DNA from: Sedimentisphaerales bacterium
GTDB lineage: Bacteria; Planctomycetota; Phycisphaerae; Sedimentisphaerales; SM23-30
Length of the DNA: 64,000 nt
NCBI GenBank assembly: GCA_963666285.1
Contig: OY762711.1
Direction: 5' to 3' (one strand)
Of this stretch, positions 40,194 to 49,777 are shown one piece after another. The position numbers and the translations under genes are program-made. The first letter of the stretch is position 1; every line of letters starts with the position of its first letter. Under the pieces are notes generated by a model that did no database searches, had not been told where the DNA came from, and was given only the letters and a program-made list of their open reading frames with translations.

Positions 40194-41153
40194 ATGTCAA
40201 AATATCATGCATATATATACCGTAACCTGGCAAGCTTGAATGAAAGCGGAGTTGATACCCGCAGAGCTCTTCGGTCAGTAGGCAAAGGCTCTCCATATTT
40301 CAAAAGAGTTATGGAAGACATGGCAGAATCTGTCCAGAATGGCACTACTATTGCCGAAGCTATGCGAAAGCATCCCAAACGGTTCAAAAAACATGACATT
40401 GATCTTATCGACGCCTCCGAACATACCGGCACCCTGCCAGATACCCTAAGAGAACTGGCTCAATGGCATGAATTTAAGAGAAAACTCGTATTTGAGCAAA
40501 TGGGGCAGTTTATATATTCAGTTTTCCTGATTCACGGCATGGCGTTTCTACCCGGTCTATTTCTTTATCTTTTTGGCAAAATATCAACTTCGCAATACCT
40601 GTTAAGTGCTATTGGCCCTCTATTGTTTTTCTACATACCTTTATTGGCAACAATTTTCATTCTAAAATTCACCCCACAAACAGGCCCCCTACGCTGTGGT
40701 TTAGACACATTTTATTATTATATCCCCTGGCTAGGCAGCGCATTAAAAGATCTTGGTATAAGTCGATTTGCCAGGGTTTGCAACACATGCTTCAGATCCG
40801 GAATGGACACAGTATCAGCTCTTACTATGGCATGCAACACAACTGGAAATTTCCAGGTAAAACAATTATTTAAGAAATGTGAAGAATCAGTCAAAATTGG
40901 TAAACCAATATCTACCGGGTTTTCAGCAGGTGTACCAACTATGTTTAGAGAAGTGTGGCTTGTGGCAGAAGAATCCGGCAGCCTGGAAGATGCAACTAGA
41001 AGATTAGCTGAAAATTTCCAGGACTCAGGCTTTGTAAAGTTAAAGCTATTTCTAGGTTTCTTGAATAAAGCTATCTACCTGGCAATTGCACTTAAGATTG
41101 GTTTTATGTATGTTAACACCCTTTCCGGAGTTTTTGGAGCCTACGGATCATGA
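40194..41153 (+). CDS. Type II secretion/pilus platform protein (GspF/PilC family)
   Basis: Two T2SSF domains: LNESGV...ASEHTGTL and FRSGM...AEESGSLE. Confidence 0.85.
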   Translation: MSKYHAYIYRNLASLNESGVDTRRALRSVGKGSPYFKRVMEDMAESVQNGTTIAEAMRKHPKRFKKHDIDLIDASEHTGTLPDTLRELAQWHEFKRKLVFEQMGQFIYSVFLIHGMAFLPGLFLYLFGKISTSQYLLSAIGPLLFFYIPLLATIFILKFTPQTGPLRCGLDTFYYYIPWLGSALKDLGISRFARVCNTCFRSGMDTVSALTMACNTTGNFQVKQLFKKCEESVKIGKPISTGFSAGVPTMFREVWLVAEESGSLEDATRRLAENFQDSGFVKLKLFLGFLNKAIYLAIALKIGFMYVNTLSGVFGAYGS

Positions 41154-41647
41154 TAATCCTTGGTATTGATCCCGGTTTAAGAACAAGCGGTTACGGGGTA
41201 ATAATGCTTGAGCGTGGACAGTGTAAAGTTATTGACGCAGGAACAATAAAAGTAGCTACTGACTTGCCCATGGAAAAGAGATTGCAGGCTATCTATAATG
41301 ATTTTAATACACTCCTAGACAGTCATGATATTGACATAGTAGCTATTGAAGAGCTGTATGCCCATTACAAGCACCCCAGAACCTCTGTTATGATGGCTCA
41401 TGCCAGGGGGCTTTTTCTGCTGACAGCTGCTCAGAGAAATATAAAAATTGAAGGTTACTCTGCTACTCGAGTAAAAAAGTCTCTGACAGGTAACGGGCGA
41501 GCCACAAAGGAACAAATGCAAAGATCTGTAGCCCAGCAGCTTGGTCTAAATGAAATTCCGCAGCCGGCAGATGTAGCAGATGCCCTGGCGATTGCAATGT
41601 GCTGCGTAAACGAATACGATAAACCCGTGAACCTGGACCTATACTAA
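41150..41647 (+). CDS. ruvC: Holliday junction resolvase
   Basis: ILGIDPG, AIEE, HARG, KKSLTGNGRATKEQ and DVADALAIA. Confidence 0.97.
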   Translation: MIILGIDPGLRTSGYGVIMLERGQCKVIDAGTIKVATDLPMEKRLQAIYNDFNTLLDSHDIDIVAIEELYAHYKHPRTSVMMAHARGLFLLTAAQRNIKIEGYSATRVKKSLTGNGRATKEQMQRSVAQQLGLNEIPQPADVADALAIAMCCVNEYDKPVNLDLY

Positions 41648-41648
41648 T

Positions 41649-43793
41649 TTATAGACCAGGTTTTACCGGTGAAATTCCTTCATTTAACATTTCCAGATTT
41701 GGATTAACAATCATCAGAATAATTTCACCTGCATATTCAGAATCGGAAACGTACTTATATCGATAATATTTAACGTCCTTACCAGATATTTCATATATCG
41801 ACTTTCTCATAACTTCCATATTGCCGGTTATGGTATTAGAGTCAGTTACAATCATTAACATTCCATCAGAACTGAGCCGATTTATTATCCTATGGCAAAA
41901 CAAAGGATTTTTAATAAAAATGTGTGGCTCAATGATGTCTTTACTTATACATATTACATCATACTCTCTGAACTTATCTGTTAACATGTGTTCAAAGTTC
42001 CAATATATCCTGGCAATACCAAAATCATTAATTGCCCTGGTTTTTACCAATTCAGGTAAATAAATTATCGCCTGCTCGGCAATAATATCACACTTTATTC
42101 TGCTGTTTTTTAAGTTAAATTCCGGAATATCTTTTATGACCGAACCGGCAAGCAGCATTCTACCATTAAAATCCTTATTTATAATATTGGCAATATCTAC
42201 TGCCATATAATGCTCAGATAAGCAATTATCCGAGTCATTACACGCACTAACCTGACTGAACCAGAAGTTTCCCCTGTCCGCCAGACTAACTGCCCAGGTT
42301 TTGTCAATAGTCTCGCAATAGTTTACAACCTGCCCCTGTTTCTTAAGTATCCAGTTATGAGTAACCCAAAAAATGATCAAAGTACTAAAAACAATTGGAA
42401 GTATAGAATAAACAGCTACCCTGCGATGCCATCGTACATGGGAAGAGGTAAACATTATTGTAATACCATTAGTAATCATTGCCCCAAAAAACAGGATTAT
42501 AACAGTAAGCAATGAACCTAACAGGGGAAGTGAGATTCGGATAAATAATATCCTGCCAAACAAAACACCAAGACAAAACATCACCATCCATATAAACCAT
42601 CCAAAAGACAAACTTGCCACCGCACGAGTCATAAGCTGTTTCAGACAGAATAATAAATCTCCCATAAAAAACAAACCAGAAAGTAAAAACAGATTCCAAA
42701 TTATGATAGCAATCACTCCATGACACCAAGACTGGTTCTGGGATAATGCAATGCAAAAAATCAAGCCCAAACAACAGGCCGACCAGTGATAAAGAGGAGT
42801 AATAACACCTTGCGGATGCTGACGTCCAGCTAATTCACGCCGGTAGCTGAAATACCAACCGGCCAAAAGAAATAATGTCAACCATGAATGGCTGTATTTA
42901 GCCGGAATAACACCAAATCCTGCTATTCTTTCCAGATATGCGGTGAGTGGCAAATAGCTGCCAAAAAGAAGCCCCCCCAGTAATATTGAAACAGCTGCTT
43001 TTTTACCAGACAGATAACTTCGTTCCTGGACACCGGATTTGAGTTCATAATGTTTTATATATGACCGGTCGGTACTGCGTGAAAATATGGCTGGAAGCCA
43101 CAGTGAACAGGCAATTAACGGTAAAAGCGATAGCAGTAAGATCAATGAACAATTAATTATAACCGAACACACATACGGCCATATGCACATGCCTATTATA
43201 TATCCCAAAGCCAACAGCATATTGAATCTTTGCTCAAGAGTCTGATAAGGCCCAGTCTGGGTAGTTAATGAAAGTGCCATACGATAAAGTAAAGCACAGA
43301 GAATTCCGCAGAGCAGCCATATAAACCCGGTAAAAACAAATACAAGCAAACTGTCGCTAATCCATAAAAATCTGCTCAGAAAGAAGCTATTAAACATATA
43401 GGATCTCAGATGATAAAACCATCCCTGCCAGAACAAAGAAACTATAACAGCAAGACAGAGAAGGATAATCACACCTGAGATTGCCAGGGTTACGGTTTGA
43501 AGATCTGCCCTGCCAGTGGGTAAATTAGGTAAAGTGTCTCTTTTTCCTTCATGCTTTAATTGGTCAGTCCAAAGTAAAGCCCCAAGAATCCACTGCGGCA
43601 GCATAACACCAATTGACATAAAAAACAGAAATGATGTGTTATAAGCCATATCAATATTCGTCAGCGGGAAAATGCGAGAAGACAAAAACTCCTTGAATCC
43701 CACTAAAATCCCGGTAATTGAAAAGGCAATAATGACACAAACAAAAACGAAATGCTTCTTAAATTGTGCTATGCTAATGTCAAACATTATCAA
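41649..43793 (-). CDS. Polytopic membrane protein with soluble C-terminus (possibly degenerate spermidine-synthase-like)
   Basis: Many hydrophobic segments; C-terminal EYDVI...RLSSDGML resembles a methyltransferase fold. Confidence 0.55.
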   Translation of the reverse strand: MIMFDISIAQFKKHFVFVCVIIAFSITGILVGFKEFLSSRIFPLTNIDMAYNTSFLFFMSIGVMLPQWILGALLWTDQLKHEGKRDTLPNLPTGRADLQTVTLAISGVIILLCLAVIVSLFWQGWFYHLRSYMFNSFFLSRFLWISDSLLVFVFTGFIWLLCGILCALLYRMALSLTTQTGPYQTLEQRFNMLLALGYIIGMCIWPYVCSVIINCSLILLLSLLPLIACSLWLPAIFSRSTDRSYIKHYELKSGVQERSYLSGKKAAVSILLGGLLFGSYLPLTAYLERIAGFGVIPAKYSHSWLTLFLLAGWYFSYRRELAGRQHPQGVITPLYHWSACCLGLIFCIALSQNQSWCHGVIAIIIWNLFLLSGLFFMGDLLFCLKQLMTRAVASLSFGWFIWMVMFCLGVLFGRILFIRISLPLLGSLLTVIILFFGAMITNGITIMFTSSHVRWHRRVAVYSILPIVFSTLIIFWVTHNWILKKQGQVVNYCETIDKTWAVSLADRGNFWFSQVSACNDSDNCLSEHYMAVDIANIINKDFNGRMLLAGSVIKDIPEFNLKNSRIKCDIIAEQAIIYLPELVKTRAINDFGIARIYWNFEHMLTDKFREYDVICISKDIIEPHIFIKNPLFCHRIINRLSSDGMLMIVTDSNTITGNMEVMRKSIYEISGKDVKYYRYKYVSDSEYAGEIILMIVNPNLEMLNEGISPVKPGL

Positions 43794-43822
43794 ATAACAA
43801 ATCTATACAAAAAAAGTATTTA

Positions 43823-44274
43823 TCAAAAATCTTCATCATCCAGTTCATCAATCCCCTGCATTTCCTTATCTGTAGGCATATCATCCTGCTGTACTCTTGG
43901 ATTGCCCCATATATCCTGATATTTCATCTTCTTTTCCCGGTTTAATCTGGCAAAATATTTTATACCTCGTTTAAAACGGAACATGGAAATTAACGCACAA
44001 AAAAGAAAAAAAGCAGAAGTATCACAACTGAAGTAATTACCTCATATCTGACACGTCGACGATAATGTTCCGGATCAAGTTCGGCAGCAGAAGATTCATC
44101 ATCACTAACTACAGATGAGTCATTTGGACTATTAATATCTTCTGATATATTTTCCCCGACATTAGATTGCTCAGAAGTGAAGGATGCATCTTCCTGGGCA
44201 CATACATGAGAACTAAAGGCTATGGAAAATACCATCAATAACAAATAGAAATATATACCAGGCTCAAATTTCAT
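43823..44274 (-). CDS. Small membrane protein, frameshifted in a homopolymer near 44000
   Basis: Signal peptide plus TM. The reading frame continues (CALISMFRFKRG...DDEDF) after a 1-nt shift in the T run. Confidence 0.55.
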
Positions 44275-44477
44275 AAAGCATCCTTAAAGTGCGATTTCGC
44301 ACTTTTTGACTGTTCAACATTACACGCAAAGGTCGGAACGGGCCTTGTGAATGAAAAACTTTACGTTTAATTGTATTTCCGAGCTAGTTCTCGAAAACAT
44401 ATTTAATCAAAGTGCTGCATAAAGGCCCTTTCAGGCGATTTTTGCAACTTATAACTGCTAAAGTATCCTTAAACAGA

Positions 44478-45419
44478 TTACCATTTTCTAATATTTTCCT
44501 GAGGGTTTAGTTTAGAAAATTCACGTAAAAGCTCAGCAGATTGGTCATCAATATCAGTCGGTACGACAATTTTTAAAATAAGGTATAGATCGCCAGCACC
44601 AGATTTGACATTTATTCCCCTGCCCTTTAATCTAAGCTTTCTACCGGAAGGACTCCCAGGCGGAACACTAACCATAGTTCTATCTGATAGAGTAGGAACC
44701 TCAACCTGAGTACCCAAGGCAGCCTCGGTAACAGTAACAGGAAGGTCCATGAGAATATCGTTGCCGTCTCGCTTGAAATAAGGATGCTGGGTAACATTAA
44801 CAGTTAAAATAAGATCTCCGTTAGTGCCGCCGGGTGAAGGCTGCCCTTTGCCACGAAGTCTTATCTTACCGCCATTATCAATGCCAGCCGGGATTTTCAC
44901 AGAAAGTTTTTCTACTCTTCTACCACCATCAGGTTCCGTAATAGTCAGGCTCACATCCCTTGTCGCACCATTGACAGCTTCCATAAAACCGATAGTAATA
45001 GAATGTTCAATATTTTGCCCTTTGGTCGGATGATTTCTTCTATGCGATCTTGATGATTGTCCTGAACGCATTTGTTCGAAAATATCTGCGATTCCTCCAA
45101 ACCCACTTGAACCACCACCAAAGCCAGAAAAAATATCCGAGAAATTTACCCCGTTAACATTAGAGCGATATCCGCCTTGAGCACCGGCACCAGCAAAATT
45201 TTGTGCGGTATGACCAAACCTGTCATAATTTTTTCGTTTTTCCTTATCACTCAGGGTGTCATACGCTTCCTGGAGTTCATGGAATTTTTCAACATTTTCC
45301 TTGGTATCGCCTCCGGAATCCGGATGATATTTCCTGGCAAGCTTGCGATAGGCCTGTTTAATATCATTTTCAGATGCATTCCTGGATATACCTAATACTT
45401 CGTAATAATCACGTTTCAT
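44478..45419 (-). CDS. DnaJ-class (type II, CbpA-like) chaperone
   Basis: RDYYEVLG, KYHPD, G/F-rich region and DnaJ C-terminal domain; no CxxCxGxG zinc finger. Confidence 0.9.
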   Translation of the reverse strand: MKRDYYEVLGISRNASENDIKQAYRKLARKYHPDSGGDTKENVEKFHELQEAYDTLSDKEKRKNYDRFGHTAQNFAGAGAQGGYRSNVNGVNFSDIFSGFGGGSSGFGGIADIFEQMRSGQSSRSHRRNHPTKGQNIEHSITIGFMEAVNGATRDVSLTITEPDGGRRVEKLSVKIPAGIDNGGKIRLRGKGQPSPGGTNGDLILTVNVTQHPYFKRDGNDILMDLPVTVTEAALGTQVEVPTLSDRTMVSVPPGSPSGRKLRLKGRGINVKSGAGDLYLILKIVVPTDIDDQSAELLREFSKLNPQENIRKW

Positions 45420-45522
45420 ATTATACAGCACTAAATACTTTGCACTTTATTCCATATTAAATAATCTTAGTTAACTTTCGTCATTTATAAGTTGCATAAA
45501 TCGCACTCTTATAAAGAAAAGA

Positions 45523-47472
45523 CTAATCTTTGTCACCAACGTATTTCCCCTGCCTGATTCGGTCTTTCTTATATACCTCACCACGCCCCTTTGACAGAAT
45601 CTCTCTAATATACGCTTTTGCCTGTTCAGCTTCTTCGGTTCCAGGCCAGCCTTCAAGAACCTCATCACAAAGAGTAAGAGCAGAACCAAAACTAATACCA
45701 AATTTGATTTTCATTTTTTTCTCTGCCAATTGAAGTTTATCTCGTGCCTGAAGAATAGTAGGGTCTTCTTCCATTGTTACTTTTCTTGGAGCATTATTCT
45801 CTTTTGGTCTGGTCTGAGCATTATTAGGTGATCTGGTTACTGGCTGAGCCGGAGCTGCATCTTCAATCGACTGCCCCATTTCTGTCGTCATTGTTTCCAT
45901 CTGGCCCTTCATCATTTCCCCCATCTGCTCCATCATATCATTTAACCCCTCCTGCATTTCTGTTCCCATCAAATCAGATAATTGCGATATGCCACCTAAT
46001 GATTCAGCAAGCTTCATACTCTCTCTAACCATAATCGCGTTTACAATAGGTCCATCGACAGGCCCAACATAACAAACAACACCACTTGTATCGGCAACCA
46101 GAACAACCGGTGAAGCCGGATCGATCGCAGCAAGCTGCTGCTTATTTTCCTGAGTCATAACACAGTTCACCCATGGCGATGGTGTTTTTGCAATATCATC
46201 AATAAGTATCTTCATAGATAATGGGTTATTTATTTCGTTACAGTTAACAGCAACAAACTGCAGAATACCGAAACCTCCCATGCTCTCTGAAAAATTCTTC
46301 AGAAAAACTTTTTTCTGTTCGGCTAACATTGAATCTCCATAGGACCACAGCAGCATACAGAGTATCTTGCCCTGGTCCGGGCTATAATTCAATACACTTC
46401 CATTTATATCAGTCAAAGTCATATTCTTGAGCTGTTTGCCCAACATTGCAACCGGCATATAATCCAGCTTAAGATTTAACGCCGATGCCGGAGCCTGCTG
46501 CTGAGCAGGATTTGCTGCTCCATAGCCCATTCCAAAATTATTTTGCCCCGGCTGGTTAACTGCACCAGTACGATTAGAACGATTAGACCTGTTCGAGCCT
46601 CCGCCTAAGGCGCTTTGGCTATCAACCGGCATCATACCACCCAAACCTCCACCGACGCCATAGCCCATTCCTCCTCCGCCACCGCCGCGATTACCTCGAT
46701 TGCCACGGTTTCCGCGATTTCCAGGTTGACTGGCAGGCTGAACCGGAGGGTCAAGGGAGTTATCGACTCTTTCACCTCCACCAAAACCGTCACGACCGCC
46801 CATTGGAACAGGCCTGACATTTTGCGGTGCCATGGTACCGGGAATATTGGGCTCTGAAACCATAACGCTGCCAGTAATATTAGGGTCACCAATACCAGCA
46901 CCAATTCCCTGACCACCCATTGTAGATTGCATTATTGCCATTTGAGCTTTTAGAAATTTCTGGGTCTCACCGGCAAGCAGCGTATTACCATTTTGAACCG
47001 AAGCATTTGCCTGAGAACCAAGATGCAAAGTTCTTTCACTTTTGATAATATCTTCAAAATCTTTATTCAAATATGCCAGATAAAGATAGCAATCTCTAAA
47101 CTCCTCATTATCCTCGGCTGCCCGATAGACACTTTTGGCTCTACTGACGGCTTTATCACCATCACCTCGATAATAATCAATAAAAGCATAAATCATATTA
47201 TATTGATATTTAGCATCATCTTCAAACTGCCTGCGATACTTCATAATTCCACGAGATTTTACAGTAGCCTCTTCTAGCTGATCAACCATTTCGGCAGACA
47301 TGGGCATACCAGTTAAGACATGATTGTGAATTAATGCATTATAATTGTCATTTATGTGCTTTACTGCACTTGCAAGATCAGCGAACTCTTCCTGAGCAAC
47401 TGCTGTTCCTGAAAATACCAGTAACAATACAGAAAGCACAACGCTTAGTTTAATTCCTTTGGGAATAAACAT
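45523..47472 (-). CDS. Exported hypothetical protein (helical N-terminus, Gly/Asn/Arg-rich linker, degenerate thioredoxin-like domain)
   Basis: Signal peptide; GNR and SNR repeats; LTDING...GKILCMLLWS...FVAVN...VLVADTSGVVCYVG. Confidence 0.6.
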   Translation of the reverse strand: MFIPKGIKLSVVLSVLLLVFSGTAVAQEEFADLASAVKHINDNYNALIHNHVLTGMPMSAEMVDQLEEATVKSRGIMKYRRQFEDDAKYQYNMIYAFIDYYRGDGDKAVSRAKSVYRAAEDNEEFRDCYLYLAYLNKDFEDIIKSERTLHLGSQANASVQNGNTLLAGETQKFLKAQMAIMQSTMGGQGIGAGIGDPNITGSVMVSEPNIPGTMAPQNVRPVPMGGRDGFGGGERVDNSLDPPVQPASQPGNRGNRGNRGNRGGGGGGMGYGVGGGLGGMMPVDSQSALGGGSNRSNRSNRTGAVNQPGQNNFGMGYGAANPAQQQAPASALNLKLDYMPVAMLGKQLKNMTLTDINGSVLNYSPDQGKILCMLLWSYGDSMLAEQKKVFLKNFSESMGGFGILQFVAVNCNEINNPLSMKILIDDIAKTPSPWVNCVMTQENKQQLAAIDPASPVVLVADTSGVVCYVGPVDGPIVNAIMVRESMKLAESLGGISQLSDLMGTEMQEGLNDMMEQMGEMMKGQMETMTTEMGQSIEDAAPAQPVTRSPNNAQTRPKENNAPRKVTMEEDPTILQARDKLQLAEKKMKIKFGISFGSALTLCDEVLEGWPGTEEAEQAKAYIREILSKGRGEVYKKDRIRQGKYVGDKD

Positions 47473-47658
47473 TTATAAGTCTCCTTAATGTGGCTAATTT
47501 GCGGTGGTAATGATATTTATTAACCAAATCAATAAATATCCAGCAGGTAATGTAATTTACCAGAAATACATCAGGTCTTCAACTAAATAACTTACTGCAA
47601 AAGCTAGATTAAAGTTCTCTGTAAATTGTACCGTATTACATAATAATCGAGTTTTATC

Positions 47659-47871
47659 TTGACAAACCCCAAAATCCAGCTTAATATATGAGGCTCATTC
47701 TATAGTAATGAGACGAAGTAGTCATAGTTAAGTGACTAGCTTCAAACAGTTTAAGGATAAAAATAGTGGTTGATTTAGACTGTGGTGGAGTTAGTTGCAG
47801 GCTTATTTTAAGATTATTGCCCAAACAGGCAATAAAACCACTAGAACCCGCTTTAACCAGGAGGTTAGCAC
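47659..47871 (+). promoter_or_regulatory. rpsB promoter and long leader (probable S2 autoregulatory region)
   Basis: TTGACA-N17-TAATAT at 47659-47687; about 180-nt leader with GTGGTT...AACCAC pairing; AGGAGG RBS. Confidence 0.5.
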
Positions 47872-48663
47872 TTGGATAATAACACAGTCCGCTCTCTAAT
47901 TGACGCAGGTATCCACTTCGGACATCGTGCCGGAAGATGGAACCCAAAGATGAAACCTTACATCTTTTGCACTCGTAATTCCATTCACATCATCGACATC
48001 AAAGAAACAGTAAAAGGCTTGGTAAGAGCTCAGAAATTCATTCAGAGCGTTGTTGCTTCAGGCAAAGATGTTCTGTTTGTCGGAACTAAACGTCAAGCTC
48101 GCAGTCCAATCGTAAATCATGCCCAGGCATGTGGAATGCCTTACGTTGCAGAAAGATGGCTGGGAGGCACCCTGACAAACTTCGGTACTATCCGAAAACG
48201 CCTTGCCAGACTGGAAGAACTTGAAGCGATGGAAGAAAACGGCCTGTTGGCAGCTCAGAGCAAAAAAATGGAATCTACATTGCGTCGTGAGCTAAACAAG
48301 ATAAAAACAAACCTGGATGGTATTCGTAACATGAGTCGTATGCCGGGTTGCATAATTATAATTGATGCCAGCAAAGAACACCTGGCCGTAGCAGAAGCCA
48401 AAAAGCTTGGAATCCCTACAGTTGCCCTGATCGACACAGACAGCGATCCAGACAAAGTTGATATTCCAATCCCAGGTAATGATGATGCTATGAAAGCTAT
48501 CGATCAGATATTGGGTCAGATTGCTGAAGCAGTTGCCTCTGGAAAAGCCGGTCTGGAAGAGCAGAAAAAAGCAGAAGCCAGTGAAGCTGCTATTGCTAAA
48601 GGTCGTTCAAGACGAATAAGTGCATCTCAGATGGCAGAAGCCAGCAGCGAAACCGCTCAGTAA
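47872..48663 (+). CDS. rpsB: 30S ribosomal protein S2
   Basis: [29 protein letters not shown] and PGNDDA. Confidence 0.98.
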   Translation: MDNNTVRSLIDAGIHFGHRAGRWNPKMKPYIFCTRNSIHIIDIKETVKGLVRAQKFIQSVVASGKDVLFVGTKRQARSPIVNHAQACGMPYVAERWLGGTLTNFGTIRKRLARLEELEAMEENGLLAAQSKKMESTLRRELNKIKTNLDGIRNMSRMPGCIIIIDASKEHLAVAEAKKLGIPTVALIDTDSDPDKVDIPIPGNDDAMKAIDQILGQIAEAVASGKAGLEEQKKAEASEAAIAKGRSRRISASQMAEASSETAQ

Positions 48664-48770
48664 GCTTCATTTTTGGAAGAACTTAGAACAGCGGTGAGAT
48701 CGTAATCATTCGTATCCACCGCTTTATTTTTTGAAGTAGAAGAACTATAGTAGTATCTAAGGAGTAAAAA

Positions 48771-49639
48771 ATGTCAATTTCAGCTAAACAGGTGAAAGAA
48801 TTAAGAGATATGACAGGTCAGTCTATGATGGACTGTAAAAAAGCTCTAACCGAGTGTGACGGCGACATCGAAAAGGCAGTAGAAATGCTGCGTAAAAAAG
48901 GTATGGCTGTCATGGAAAAAAGAAGTGACAGAGCTAATAATGAAGGTCAGATATCTCATAAAACAAGTGCAGACGGTAAAATATCCAGTATTGCCACTCT
49001 TTGCTGTGAAACAGACTTTACAGCCAAAAACGACAACTTTGTTGCTGTTGCAGATAAGTTAGGCAATGCCCTGCTGAACTGTGACGGTGTCCCGGCAGAT
49101 AAAGACGCCCTGGCTGCTTTACCTGCTGACGGTCGCACAGTAGCTGACCTGGTAAATGACCTGGTAAGCCAAACCGGTGAAAAGACCACTCTTGGAAAGT
49201 TTGCAAAATTCGAACTAGCCGGCCCTGGTCTGATTTATACTTACATTCACCACAACGGCAAAGTTGCTGCAATGCTCAAGGTTGAAGCAGAAAATGATGC
49301 AGCTGCAGGAGCGGAAGCTGCCAAAACTATGGCATCTGATATAGCACTTCATATTACAGCTATGAACCCTCAATCTTTGTGTCGTGACGAAGTTGATGCG
49401 GAAACAGCAGCTAAAGAAGAAGCTATTGCCCGCGAACAGATGAAAGGCAAACCAGATAACATTATCGATAATATTGTTAAAGGTAAAATGGACAAATGTT
49501 TAGCGAAATCGTTCTCCTGGAACAACCATTTGTTAAGGATGACAAAATGTCAGTTCAGCAGCTAATCGACCAGACAAGCAAGTCTGTCGGCGGCAAACTA
49601 ACCCTGACACAATTCTGCCGCATCCAGCTAGGCGAATAA
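48771..49639 (+). CDS. tsf: Elongation factor Ts (1-nt frameshift near 49497)
   Basis: VKELRDMTG, MMDCKKAL and CETDF. The conserved C-terminus (LLEQPFVKD...FCRIQLGE) is in a shifted frame ending at 49639. Confidence 0.95.
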
Positions 49640-49682
49640 TCTCGCTTTTCCTGCTTTGCAGGTAACATAACTATGAAAATTT

Positions 49683-49720
49683 AAGCTCTGTAAGTAAATG
49701 CTTGCAGAGCTTTTTTTTTT
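49683..49720 (+). terminator. Intrinsic terminator of rpsB-tsf
   Basis: AAGCTCTGTAAG...CTTGCAGAGCTT followed by a T run. Confidence 0.85.
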
Positions 49721-49777
49721 GGTTATTATTGATATTTGTACCCTCCAATTCAGATTACTATTAGAAAGGCATTACCT

